64,000 bases of DNA from Calditrichales bacterium (GTDB lineage: Bacteria; Calditrichota; Calditrichia; Calditrichales; J004). The stretch spans positions 1,728,001 through 1,792,000 of the forward strand of contig OZ254086.1 of assembly GCA_965267575.1 (NCBI GenBank), in the 5' to 3' direction. Position numbers and translations under genes: made by a program. Positions 55,749 through 64,000 of this stretch are shown piece by piece. The notes under the pieces were generated by a model. The model was not told the DNA's origin. It saw nothing but the letters and a program-made list of their open reading frames with translations, and searched no databases. Position 1 is the stretch's first letter, and each line of letters opens with the position of its first letter.

Positions 55749-58700
55749 ATGGCGCGGACGCGAATTTTATCCATGCCACAACTTCATATCATCAGCGGAC
55801 CTTCGCACGGTTATTACCATTTTGAGGCGGATATAAAAAAACGGCTGCAGCAGGGCCGGCAGGACTGGCTTGCTTTTCTGCCTGTTAACCGTGCCGTTCG
55901 CCTTTTGCAGCGCCGCCTGATAGACGCTGCTCCCGCCCATGTTCTGGCGGACCCCCCACTGTTTACATTCGATTCTTTTTTGCTGCGCATCTACCGTTCT
56001 TTGCCGCAGGCCCGCACGATTATCGCCCGTGAGCACCTGCACTTTCTGGTTGGTGAGATATTGCGCCGCCATGCCGCGGAGCTGAATTATCTGCCGGCTT
56101 CATCCAATCCGTCACGCAACCTGGTTTACCGGCTCAGCGAGATGGTCGGCGAGCTGCGACGCTTTGGTTACAGCGCCGAAAGCCTTTCCCGCGAAAACGC
56201 TGAAGAAATCGGTGTTGAACAGAACAAGCTGGCGGATTTCATTTTCGTTTTGCGGGCTATGGAAGATATTTTGGGCGATCGTTACATCGACGCCGACAGC
56301 GCTTTATATGAGGCAGCACGCGGGTTGCAGCGCGAACAGATTGAAAATCACTTTCCGGGGCTGACCACTGTGTATATCGCCGGCTACGGCTTATTTACAC
56401 CGGCCATGATCCAATCGATCGAAAAGCTGCACAATTGGTATGACATTCAGTTAAAGCTCGATTGCCTGGAAGAAAACAGCGAGTTGTTCAGCCACACGCT
56501 GCCCGCGCTTGAACGGTTCAGGATTATGGGTGCCGCAGAGACCAGGCAATCGCCAGGCGCACTTGCCCGCAAACTGTTTAACCGTAAACGCAAAAGCGAA
56601 CCCTTTGAAGCCTCTTCGAAATTTTTCCTGATGCCCGCGGAAAACCGCCGCGGTGAGGTGCAGCGCATGGCCCGCCTGGTCCGCCGCCTGCACGAAGATG
56701 GCCGGCCGCTGAAAGAGATCGCGCTGACCTTCAGCAACCTGGAAGTCTACGTGCCGCATATCCGCCGCATTTTTGAGGATTACGGTATTCCCTACAATCT
56801 TTCCACGGGCTACGCGCTGTCGCAATCGCCGCTCATCGGGCTGTTTATGCGCCTGCTGGATGCCGTCCGTGAAGACCTGGAATACGGCCGCGTGATGCAG
56901 TTGTATCAATCGCCTTTTTTAAAAAGGAACAAGCCGCTGGCCGACGACCTGCTGTTCCGCGAGATCATCACCCGGCGCGTGCGCCATTTGCGTGCCGGCT
57001 GGACAGGGCAATTGCTAAAGGCACACATAACCGCGGAAGGTGAAAACAGCAACAAACTACCGGCTTTGCAACGGTCGGCGGAGCAGCTTGAACAATTTAT
57101 GCAGCCGCTTTATGCATTTGGGCGTCACAGCCGCAACGCCGATTCTTTCCGTGAAGATTTTTTACGGCTGTTGCGTGAAGCGGGCGCGCTGGAATGGTAC
57201 AAAGCCGAAGCGCCGGGCCTAAATGAACGCGAGCAGGAACGCGAATTTCGCGCCTACAACCGTTTTATGAAACTGCTGGATCAGTTCTTCTGGTCGATGC
57301 GCCTGCTGCATGGTGAGACCAAACTGGACGTAGCCGACTGGATCAATCACCTGCAGGCGGCCGTGGCGCGGGCCACCTATAACCTCACCGAATGGCCGCA
57401 GGATGCCGTGCAGATCATGCCACGGCTGGAGATTCTGGCCGTTGAGCACAGCGTGCTGATCATCGGCGGGCTGGTGGATGGTGACTTCCCGCGAGGCTCC
57501 GCCGCCGACCTTTTCTTTGACGACCGCGCCCGTGCGCAACTGGGTTTGCTGGCCAGCGAAGAGCTGCTGGAGCAAGACCGCTTTATGTTTTACAGCCTGC
57601 TGGATGGCGGCGCTCAACAGGTCTATCTCTCTTTTCCTGCCTATGAGGGCGAAAAAGCCCTGGTGCCCAGCACCTTTCTGGATGATCTGCGCGAATGCTG
57701 CACGATCAGCGAAGTTGCCGGGGAAGATGAGCAGCCGGCACGCAGCTTCCTTGAATTGCAGGTGGAGTTCGGCGAGGCTGTTCTGAACCATAACGGGCAA
57801 AAGGCGGCGAAGGCTTTGGCAATGATGGCCGGCAGTCCGGCATTTGCCCAAAACATTCCCGATCTGCTGCGGCGCATGCGTGCCGGGCAACAGCGCCTTG
57901 CCTATGGCGCGGAAGCCGGTGTTTACGAAGGCGTTCTGTCCGCTTATGAAAGCATAAAACAAAATCTGGCGCAGAGTTTTGCGGAAAAGGCCTGGAGCAT
58001 CACCCGCCTGGAAGAGTATGCTTTTTGCCCGATGCAGTTTTTTATAAAGCGCGTGTTGCGATTGAAGGAGTGGCCGGAATTCGAAGAAGAGGTTAGCCCG
58101 ATGGAACGCGGCAACGTGGTGCACCGCATCCTGTTTCGTTTTTACAGTAAACTGCGCGACAGCGGTCGTGCCTCTAATCCCGCAGCGGGGCTGAAGGAGT
58201 TGGAAGCCATCGCCCGCGAGGAGCTGAAAAAGTTGCCCTTTGAGGGCTTTTTCTGGGAGCTGGAGAAGAGTCGCTTTTTCGGTTACGACAATACGCCCGG
58301 GCTTTTGCAAACGCTGGTTAAGCTCGATAGTGAAGAAATCGACAAAACCGGTTACGTGCCGTCGTACTTTGAGTTCTGTTTCGGTCACCGCTACGACGAC
58401 GAGGTTGACCCCGCTTCGGTAGATCAGGACCTGGAACTGAGCGACGGGACGACGACGCTGAAGGTGAACGGTAAAGTGGATCGCATCGATATAAACGACA
58501 GCAAAAACCAAGCGTTGATTTTTGACTATAAGACCGGCAACATCAGCGGGAAGACGGCCAAAACGATTGCCGCCGGGCTAAGCTTTCAGCTTCCTTTGTA
58601 CGCGCTGGCCGTGGAGCAGCTTCTGGGGCAGGATGTGCGCGTTGTTTACGGGGGCTATTTCCAGGTTAAGGACAACGATAATTGCAAAAGAAAAGAAGCA

Positions 58701-58991
58701 ATCGTTGACAAGAATAGTTTTAGTGGCGTTTCGGGACAGGCTGCTTTGCCTAACAGCCAGGTGAAAATCGCTGGAAATGCGGTCTCTTTTGACGAGCTGG
58801 TGGAGTTTTCCAAACAGCAGGCTTTGCTGGCCAGGGCCAATATGGAGCAGGGCATTTTCCGCCACACGCAATTCCCTGAAAAAAACGAGTGCAGCTCCTA
58901 CTGTGACTTCCGCCGGATGTGCCAGAAAAACGTCAGCAAGCTGCTTTACCAGCGCAAAGCCCAAAGCGAGGAAGAGGAAGAAGAAAATTAG
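55749..58991 (+). CDS. addB: AddB/RexB-like subunit with PD-(D/E)XK nuclease and Fe-S cysteines
   Basis: Degenerate helicase N-terminus; WSITRLEEYAFCP, RGNVVH, GKVDRID, FDYKTG, QLPLY, CSSYCDFRRMC. Confidence 0.85.
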   Translation: MARTRILSMPQLHIISGPSHGYYHFEADIKKRLQQGRQDWLAFLPVNRAVRLLQRRLIDAAPAHVLADPPLFTFDSFLLRIYRSLPQARTIIAREHLHFLVGEILRRHAAELNYLPASSNPSRNLVYRLSEMVGELRRFGYSAESLSRENAEEIGVEQNKLADFIFVLRAMEDILGDRYIDADSALYEAARGLQREQIENHFPGLTTVYIAGYGLFTPAMIQSIEKLHNWYDIQLKLDCLEENSELFSHTLPALERFRIMGAAETRQSPGALARKLFNRKRKSEPFEASSKFFLMPAENRRGEVQRMARLVRRLHEDGRPLKEIALTFSNLEVYVPHIRRIFEDYGIPYNLSTGYALSQSPLIGLFMRLLDAVREDLEYGRVMQLYQSPFLKRNKPLADDLLFREIITRRVRHLRAGWTGQLLKAHITAEGENSNKLPALQRSAEQLEQFMQPLYAFGRHSRNADSFREDFLRLLREAGALEWYKAEAPGLNEREQEREFRAYNRFMKLLDQFFWSMRLLHGETKLDVADWINHLQAAVARATYNLTEWPQDAVQIMPRLEILAVEHSVLIIGGLVDGDFPRGSAADLFFDDRARAQLGLLASEELLEQDRFMFYSLLDGGAQQVYLSFPAYEGEKALVPSTFLDDLRECCTISEVAGEDEQPARSFLELQVEFGEAVLNHNGQKAAKALAMMAGSPAFAQNIPDLLRRMRAGQQRLAYGAEAGVYEGVLSAYESIKQNLAQSFAEKAWSITRLEEYAFCPMQFFIKRVLRLKEWPEFEEEVSPMERGNVVHRILFRFYSKLRDSGRASNPAAGLKELEAIAREELKKLPFEGFFWELEKSRFFGYDNTPGLLQTLVKLDSEEIDKTGYVPSYFEFCFGHRYDDEVDPASVDQDLELSDGTTTLKVNGKVDRIDINDSKNQALIFDYKTGNISGKTAKTIAAGLSFQLPLYALAVEQLLGQDVRVVYGGYFQVKDNDNCKRKEAIVDKNSFSGVSGQAALPNSQVKIAGNAVSFDELVEFSKQQALLARANMEQGIFRHTQFPEKNECSSYCDFRRMCQKNVSKLLYQRKAQSEEEEEEN

Positions 58992-59052
58992 AAATTGAGA
59001 ATTTGGGAATTGGGAATGTTGTCTTCGGGTATGGCGGCCGGTCAACTCATTC

Positions 59053-59090
59053 TGTCATCCCGGTTTGGCGTATAGCCAACACCGGGATCC
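59053..59090 (+). repeat. REP-like palindrome, copy 2
   Basis: tgtcatcccggtt-tggcgtatagcca-acaccgggatcc. Confidence 0.75.
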
Positions 59091-59103
59091 GCAAACGAAA
59101 GCA

Positions 59104-59138
59104 GGATAAACATCAAAAAGAAAATTACAAACAACAAA
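59104..59138. repeat. Period-7 tandem repeat (NNNNAAA)
   Basis: ggataaa catcaaa aagaaaa ttacaaa caacaaa. Confidence 0.55.
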
Positions 59139-59189
59139 GAAATTCCAACCCACATTTCTAAATAGCGGGAATGTCTGAGTGAGTAATAC

Positions 59190-62100
59190 ATGCAATTAAC
59201 CCCCAGCCAGCAGCAAGCACTGGCGCTGGATAAAAATATCTCGGTTACCGCTGGCGCCGGTTCCGGCAAAACACGCATCCTGGTGGAGCGTTTTTTGAAG
59301 ATTGTTTTGCAGGACCCGCAACTGACGCGTCGCGTGGCAGCCATAACCTTTACCGAAAAAGCTGCCGGCGAAATGCAGGAACGCGTCGCCCTGGAAGTAA
59401 ACAATCGCCTGAAAAACGATAGCATCACCGCCGCAGAGCGCCAGAAACTGCAAATCATCCGTGACCAGCTTAAGTCGGCCTATATCTCTACCATCCACGG
59501 ATTTTGCAAGCGCCTGCTATCCGAATTCCCGTTGGAAGCGGGCATCGTTCCCGACTTTGGCGTGCTCGACCCCATCCGCCAGCAAATCCTGATTCAAACG
59601 GCCATCAACAATGTCTTTCGTGATCTGGACGAGAGCGAACCCGGCGATGAGCTGTTCCGTCTTTTCCTGTCGCTGCCGCGCATGCGTATCCGCGCCATGC
59701 TGCAAAAAGGACTGGAGCAGCCCTGGGAAATGCGTCAAATAGGGGAGCGCTTTGAGGCCTGGGGCGAAGAAGGCTTTATGGCCTTTCTGCAAAATGAGTG
59801 GGGCGACTGGTTTGCCGGTGTAGCCGGAAAAGATGATCTGCAGGAAGCTGCACGGCGCGTTGAGGCCATTTTGAGAGGTGACAGGCAGGCAAACAAAAGG
59901 GACAAAGGAGACCTGGCGCTCGCGGCCCTTGAGAACTTTGCCCGCCATGCCCAAAGCCTAAGCAGCAATGAGACCCTAAAAGATTTTATTGCGCTGTGTG
60001 ATGTATTTACCACGGGTCAGCAAACGCCATACAAAAACTTATCTCAGCTTGGTACAAACAGCAGCTGGTCCTCCAACGTTCACAACGATATCAAGGAACT
60101 CAGCGCTTTTCTGGCGCCCTTTGCCGAACGGCTGAACAATGAAAAAATGGGCGATCCGCCGGGAGAAGACGATCGCAGCTTTTACCGCCTTTTTACGATT
60201 TACCTGCGCCTGCAGCAGATGTGCGATGAGGCCTATGCCGGGCTTAAAAAAGATATGGCCGTGCTCGATTTTGAAGACTTGCAAATCAAGGCCAATGAGC
60301 TGCTGGAAAAGAATGAAGCTGTGCGCGCGGTTTTTGAGGATCGTTTTCGCTACATCATGGTCGATGAATTTCAGGACACAAACCAGTTGCAGTGGCAGAT
60401 TGTGCAATGGCTGGCCGGCGGGCAAAACGCCTTTGCCGCGGATAAGGTCTTTATCGTCGGTGATCCCAAGCAATCCATTTACGGTTTCCGCAACGCCGAT
60501 GTGCGCGTGTTTCGCGATGTGCGCGACTTTTTTGCGCAGCAGGCCGGCCTTCTGGTGGGCTACGAGGGCGATATCATTTTTGCCGAAAGCTTCCGCTTTG
60601 TTCCGCGGCTCAATGCCTTCATTAATTTCCTGTTTAAACGCGTTTTGCAGCAAGACCGTGATAACAGTTATGCCGTTGCCTATGAGGCGTTGAAGGCCAG
60701 CCGGGCTGTGGATGCCACGGATGAAGCGGAACTGGCCGTCTTCAGTGAAAGCAACCCGGAATATAATGAAGCCGACTATATCGCCACGCGCATCGCAGCC
60801 CTGTTTGCGAACGGCGAACAGGTAAACGACCCGCGCAATGCTGAAAATCCGCGCCCCTTACGCTACGGCGATGTGGCCATTTTGCTGCGCGATCGCAGCC
60901 ATCTGGGCCAAGTGGAGCAGGCCTTGCGGCGCCGCGAGATCCCCTTCAAAACCGTTGGCGGTATCGGGTTCTGGCAGCGCCAGGAGATTTACGACTTTTA
61001 TCATATCCTGCGTTTTCTGGCCAACCCGGCGGATGATCTGGCGCTGGTGGCTCTGCTGCGTTCGCGGCTTTTTCTCATTCCCGATAATGCCGTGTATGGC
61101 CTGGCCGGAGAGAAGGGTTTTGGCTATTGGGAAAAGTTGCAGAATGTGGCGCAAAGCGATCGTTACGCTGCCGAAGATAAAGCGCTGCTGACTACAGCGG
61201 CCGCAAAGATTGGCATGTGGCTGGAGTTGCGCGAACGGCTGAGCCTGGCCGATATGCTTGCGCGGATATTGGAGGAGACGGCGCTGAATGCCCTGCTGCA
61301 TGCCGAGTTCAGCGGTGACCAGCGCGCGGCCAACCTGCAAAAGGTGATTGAACTGGCTGATGCCCTGGAGCAAAGCGGGCCGGGTGGATTACGCGCACTG
61401 CTGGACACGATTGATAACCTGATAAACCGCGAGGTATCCGAGGCCGAGGCTTTCCTGGCGCTGGACGACCTTTACAGCGTCAAGATCATGACCATCCACA
61501 CATCTAAGGGATTGCAGTTCCCGGTGGTTTTTGTGCCATACCTTAATCGCAGCCGGATGGGCGGCAACGCCGATATTCTGCTCGATGCCGATCTGGGCAT
61601 GGCCTTCAGCCTCCGCAATATTGACAATGACTATCACAAAGACAGTCGCAGCGAGGGCGTTTTCTACCGCCTCGTCAAGCGGCGCCAGCAGCAAAAAGAC
61701 GAAGCCGAGGCGCGACGCGTGTTTTATGTGGGGCTCACCCGCGCCAGCGATCGTTTATTTCTTTCCGCGACCATAAAAGATAAACCCAAAGAAGGCAGTG
61801 CTTTTGACTGGCTGGCTGCCGCCGCGGGTCAGATCGGTTTTGAACCCGGCGAAACAGGCGTTTTCCAAGGCGGTGATTTTACCCTGCGCGTGGTCGATTC
61901 CTATGATAACGGGACGCGGGAAGAGCAGGAAATAAGCAGCTTTAGCGCCATGATGAAACAGCTGGAAAAAGTGTCTCAAGCGGATGTTGCTCAGGATGAC
62001 TTGTTAAAACCCATTCCCGCTGAAGTACATGGCCGCACGTTTTCCGCCACCGCGCTGATGACCTTTGCCAAAGACCCGGACGAATATTACCGGCGCTATC

Positions 62101-62726
62101 ACCTTGGCTACTTTGAAAGCGATTACCGCCGTTTCGCCCAGGCCGGTGAAGAGGGTGAACAGCTTGACAGCCTGCTTAAAGGAAAAGTCGTTCACCGCTT
62201 TCTGGAATTGCAGGGCCGCGATGGCGCTGACGCGGCCACACTGACCGAGCGTGTTCTGTTTGAGTATGAGATTTTTGACAACGCTATCCGCCGGACACTA
62301 ACGGAAGAGCTGGGCGAGCTTTATGCCCGCATGCGCCAATCGCCGACGGGGCAATCGGTGTTGCAGGCCAAAACGTACCGCAATGAAATCCCGGTAACCA
62401 TGCGCCTGGGTGAAGACTACTTTACCGGTACGCTGGACCGGCTGCAGCAAAACGCCGACGGCCACTGGGAAGTGATCGATTATAAGACGAACAGGGTAAA
62501 AGCGTACGACGTCGAGCAAGAGGGCACCCAATATGATGTGCAAATGGAGGCTTACGCGTTGCTGCTTTCGCGGCTTTACCCGCAGCAACCGCATTATGAT
62601 GTAAAGCTCTTTTTTCTGGTGCCGGACCGTCTTTACCAAAAGCGCTTTGACAAAGCCGCAATCGGGGGGATTGAGCGACGCTTTGCGCAGTTGATTGATG
62701 CGATAAAGAAGCGCTATCCGCTATAA
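59190..62726 (+). CDS. addA: AddA-like UvrD helicase/nuclease
   Basis: AGAGSGKT, TFTEKAA, STIHGF, VDEFQD, VGDPKQSIYGFR, MTIHTSKGLQF, YVGLTRA, GTLDRL..IDYKT. Confidence 0.9.
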   Translation: MQLTPSQQQALALDKNISVTAGAGSGKTRILVERFLKIVLQDPQLTRRVAAITFTEKAAGEMQERVALEVNNRLKNDSITAAERQKLQIIRDQLKSAYISTIHGFCKRLLSEFPLEAGIVPDFGVLDPIRQQILIQTAINNVFRDLDESEPGDELFRLFLSLPRMRIRAMLQKGLEQPWEMRQIGERFEAWGEEGFMAFLQNEWGDWFAGVAGKDDLQEAARRVEAILRGDRQANKRDKGDLALAALENFARHAQSLSSNETLKDFIALCDVFTTGQQTPYKNLSQLGTNSSWSSNVHNDIKELSAFLAPFAERLNNEKMGDPPGEDDRSFYRLFTIYLRLQQMCDEAYAGLKKDMAVLDFEDLQIKANELLEKNEAVRAVFEDRFRYIMVDEFQDTNQLQWQIVQWLAGGQNAFAADKVFIVGDPKQSIYGFRNADVRVFRDVRDFFAQQAGLLVGYEGDIIFAESFRFVPRLNAFINFLFKRVLQQDRDNSYAVAYEALKASRAVDATDEAELAVFSESNPEYNEADYIATRIAALFANGEQVNDPRNAENPRPLRYGDVAILLRDRSHLGQVEQALRRREIPFKTVGGIGFWQRQEIYDFYHILRFLANPADDLALVALLRSRLFLIPDNAVYGLAGEKGFGYWEKLQNVAQSDRYAAEDKALLTTAAAKIGMWLELRERLSLADMLARILEETALNALLHAEFSGDQRAANLQKVIELADALEQSGPGGLRALLDTIDNLINREVSEAEAFLALDDLYSVKIMTIHTSKGLQFPVVFVPYLNRSRMGGNADILLDADLGMAFSLRNIDNDYHKDSRSEGVFYRLVKRRQQQKDEAEARRVFYVGLTRASDRLFLSATIKDKPKEGSAFDWLAAAAGQIGFEPGETGVFQGGDFTLRVVDSYDNGTREEQEISSFSAMMKQLEKVSQADVAQDDLLKPIPAEVHGRTFSATALMTFAKDPDEYYRRYHLGYFESDYRRFAQAGEEGEQLDSLLKGKVVHRFLELQGRDGADAATLTERVLFEYEIFDNAIRRTLTEELGELYARMRQSPTGQSVLQAKTYRNEIPVTMRLGEDYFTGTLDRLQQNADGHWEVIDYKTNRVKAYDVEQEGTQYDVQMEAYALLLSRLYPQQPHYDVKLFFLVPDRLYQKRFDKAAIGGIERRFAQLIDAIKKRYPL

Positions 62727-62794
62727 ATTGCGTGTATGAAACTGATGAATGATCGGATCTGCCAGCCGGAGCAGAAGAAACCTGGGGAGGCATT

Positions 62795-63724
62795 ATGAAA
62801 AATGTGCTAATGCTGATTGTTTTATCCGTGGTCTGTGCTGTTCCGGTATCCGGGCAGGAGTGGCAAACGGTTACATCCCGCGAGGGCCACTTCAACGCTC
62901 TGTTTCCCGGAGCGCCGGAGATCCAAACATCGCTGGTGGAAAACGAAGAAAATGATATGATCGTTCATTCGCTGATCCTGGAGCAGGGTCCGCGTGCCTT
63001 TGCCGTGCACTACACCGATTACCCGGTGAGCATGCTGCACAACGCCAACATCGATACGTTCATGTATAACGTGCGTGAAGGGGTTTTGGAGAGTGTGAAC
63101 GGCACGCTGCTATCGGAAGAATCGTTTGTGGCCGATACGGTGTTTAGCGGCCGCAGCTATCGCATCGACCTGCCCGAAGGCAACATGATGCGCATGCGGC
63201 TGATCCTGGTGCGCCAGCGGCTTTTTCAGATCCTTGCCGCCATGCCCGCGGATGATGGCTATTCGCCGGAGATAATACGCTTCATGGATTCCGTTGACAT
63301 CGAATATGAAAAAGTGCAGCCCTACATTCCGCGTATGCTGGATTCACTGGAATACACCTATGACGTGGACGAGAACGGCCGCTACCAATTAACGCTCGGT
63401 TTTGATGATGAGCGTTCTCAGCTTCTCTATATTTCACCCACCGTCTCCGCTTATACCCGGCGCGAAGTATATGACATCTGGTCGTACGCGCTGGTAACGC
63501 AGGACAGCCTTAAGCGGGATTTACTTACATCGCTGATGAAAGAAAACGGCACAATGGACGGACCGCGGTTTCAGCTATATGAGTCGGAGGGTGTGTTTTA
63601 CGTTGTCTTCAGCGCCATCGCCGAGGAGAGTCACAACGCGGATACCTTTACCAGGTTATTGCATGATGTGGCAATCATATCGGATGACTTTGAAGAGCAG
63701 CTTATGGGCGGGGATGATTATTAG
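62795..63724 (+). CDS. Exported hypothetical protein (PsbP/DcrB-like N-domain, YbjN-like C-domain)
   Basis: Signal peptide; FNALFPGAP..; second half LEYTYDVDENG.Y..FDDERSQL..LMKEN..VAIISDDFEEQLMGGDDY; SD ggagg. Confidence 0.6.
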   Translation: MKNVLMLIVLSVVCAVPVSGQEWQTVTSREGHFNALFPGAPEIQTSLVENEENDMIVHSLILEQGPRAFAVHYTDYPVSMLHNANIDTFMYNVREGVLESVNGTLLSEESFVADTVFSGRSYRIDLPEGNMMRMRLILVRQRLFQILAAMPADDGYSPEIIRFMDSVDIEYEKVQPYIPRMLDSLEYTYDVDENGRYQLTLGFDDERSQLLYISPTVSAYTRREVYDIWSYALVTQDSLKRDLLTSLMKENGTMDGPRFQLYESEGVFYVVFSAIAEESHNADTFTRLLHDVAIISDDFEEQLMGGDDY

Positions 63725-63730
63725 TGCAGT

Positions 63731-63831
63731 GCCTAAATTCCAAATAATAAATTTCAAATCTCAAAGAATATGGCTGTTATATCCAATGCCTTATGTTTGT
63801 GTTTTGGAATTTGGGTTTTGTTTTTTGGGGC
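63731..63831. repeat. Inverted pair of period-7 tandem arrays between convergent genes
   Basis: gcctaaa ttccaaa taataaa tttcaaa tctcaaa ... tttgtgt tttggaa tttgggt tttgttt tttgggg. Confidence 0.65.
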
Positions 63832-63840
63832 TTGTCCAGG

Positions 63841-64000
63841 TTAGGAACGTGGCGCACGGTTAAAGCTGTTTTTGCTGCCGGCGACAAATTTTTTCCAGGC
63901 CAGCGGAAGGATCGCTGCCAGTAATGCCGCGCTGAACAGGGCCGGCGCACCCGTGCCGATAGTTTCCATCAGAAAACCGCCCGCGGCCGGCGCCACGACG
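63841..64000 (-). CDS. C-terminal fragment of a membrane protein, probably an MFS transporter
   Basis: Manual translation VVAPAAGGFLMETIGTGAPALFSAALLAAILPLAWKK...RS*, resembling MFS TM11-12. Confidence 0.6.
   Translation of the reverse strand, partial: VVAPAAGGFLMETIGTGAPALFSAALLAAILPLAWKKFVAGSKNSFNRAPRS

Noticed and set aside
57219-58511. 430-aa minus-strand ORF (also 51723-52748, 341 aa)
   Set aside because: Antisense shadows of addB and djlA/ykvA; no motifs or SD
55749-62726. Anti-phage helicase/nuclease or Cas4 system
   Set aside because: Size, order and motifs fit housekeeping AddAB, and composition matches the host

Overview
A 64 kb bacterial chromosomal window of about 50% GC, densely coding, with roughly 45 CDS. 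I found no rRNA, tRNA, CRISPR array, transposase, integrase or prophage. A T9SS-like C-terminal tail, a Reg_prop/LytS sensor, DUF3857 proteins, canonical TTGACA-type promoters and SD sites suggest an FCB-associated lineage such as Calditrichota (inference). In order, the window holds: (1) partial nanE, a GH94 phosphorylase, a phosphohexomutase, YfcC and cation/H+ transporters, and PhzF; (2) a signalling cluster with a LytS/LytTR pair and two hybrid kinases behind sigma28-like promoters; (3) a translationally coupled ppk1-ppx-CHAD-ParA operon, the best candidate for an undescribed system (polyphosphate granule positioning); (4) an hprA-like dehydrogenase, serC and a degenerate-3D/DUF1460 fusion; (5) a SusD-less sugar locus with a TonB receptor, three SSS symporters, a GH100-like invertase, a PfkB kinase and a fungal-type neutral trehalase; (6) assorted housekeeping genes, an S8 peptidase and two low-GC DUF3857 transglutaminase-like lipoproteins; (7) djlA-like, ykvA, DSD1-like, an orphan kinase, addB and addA. 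Several intergenic regions carry REP-like palindromes and 7-9 nt periodic repeats. All calls come from motif recognition by eye; no database searches were run.
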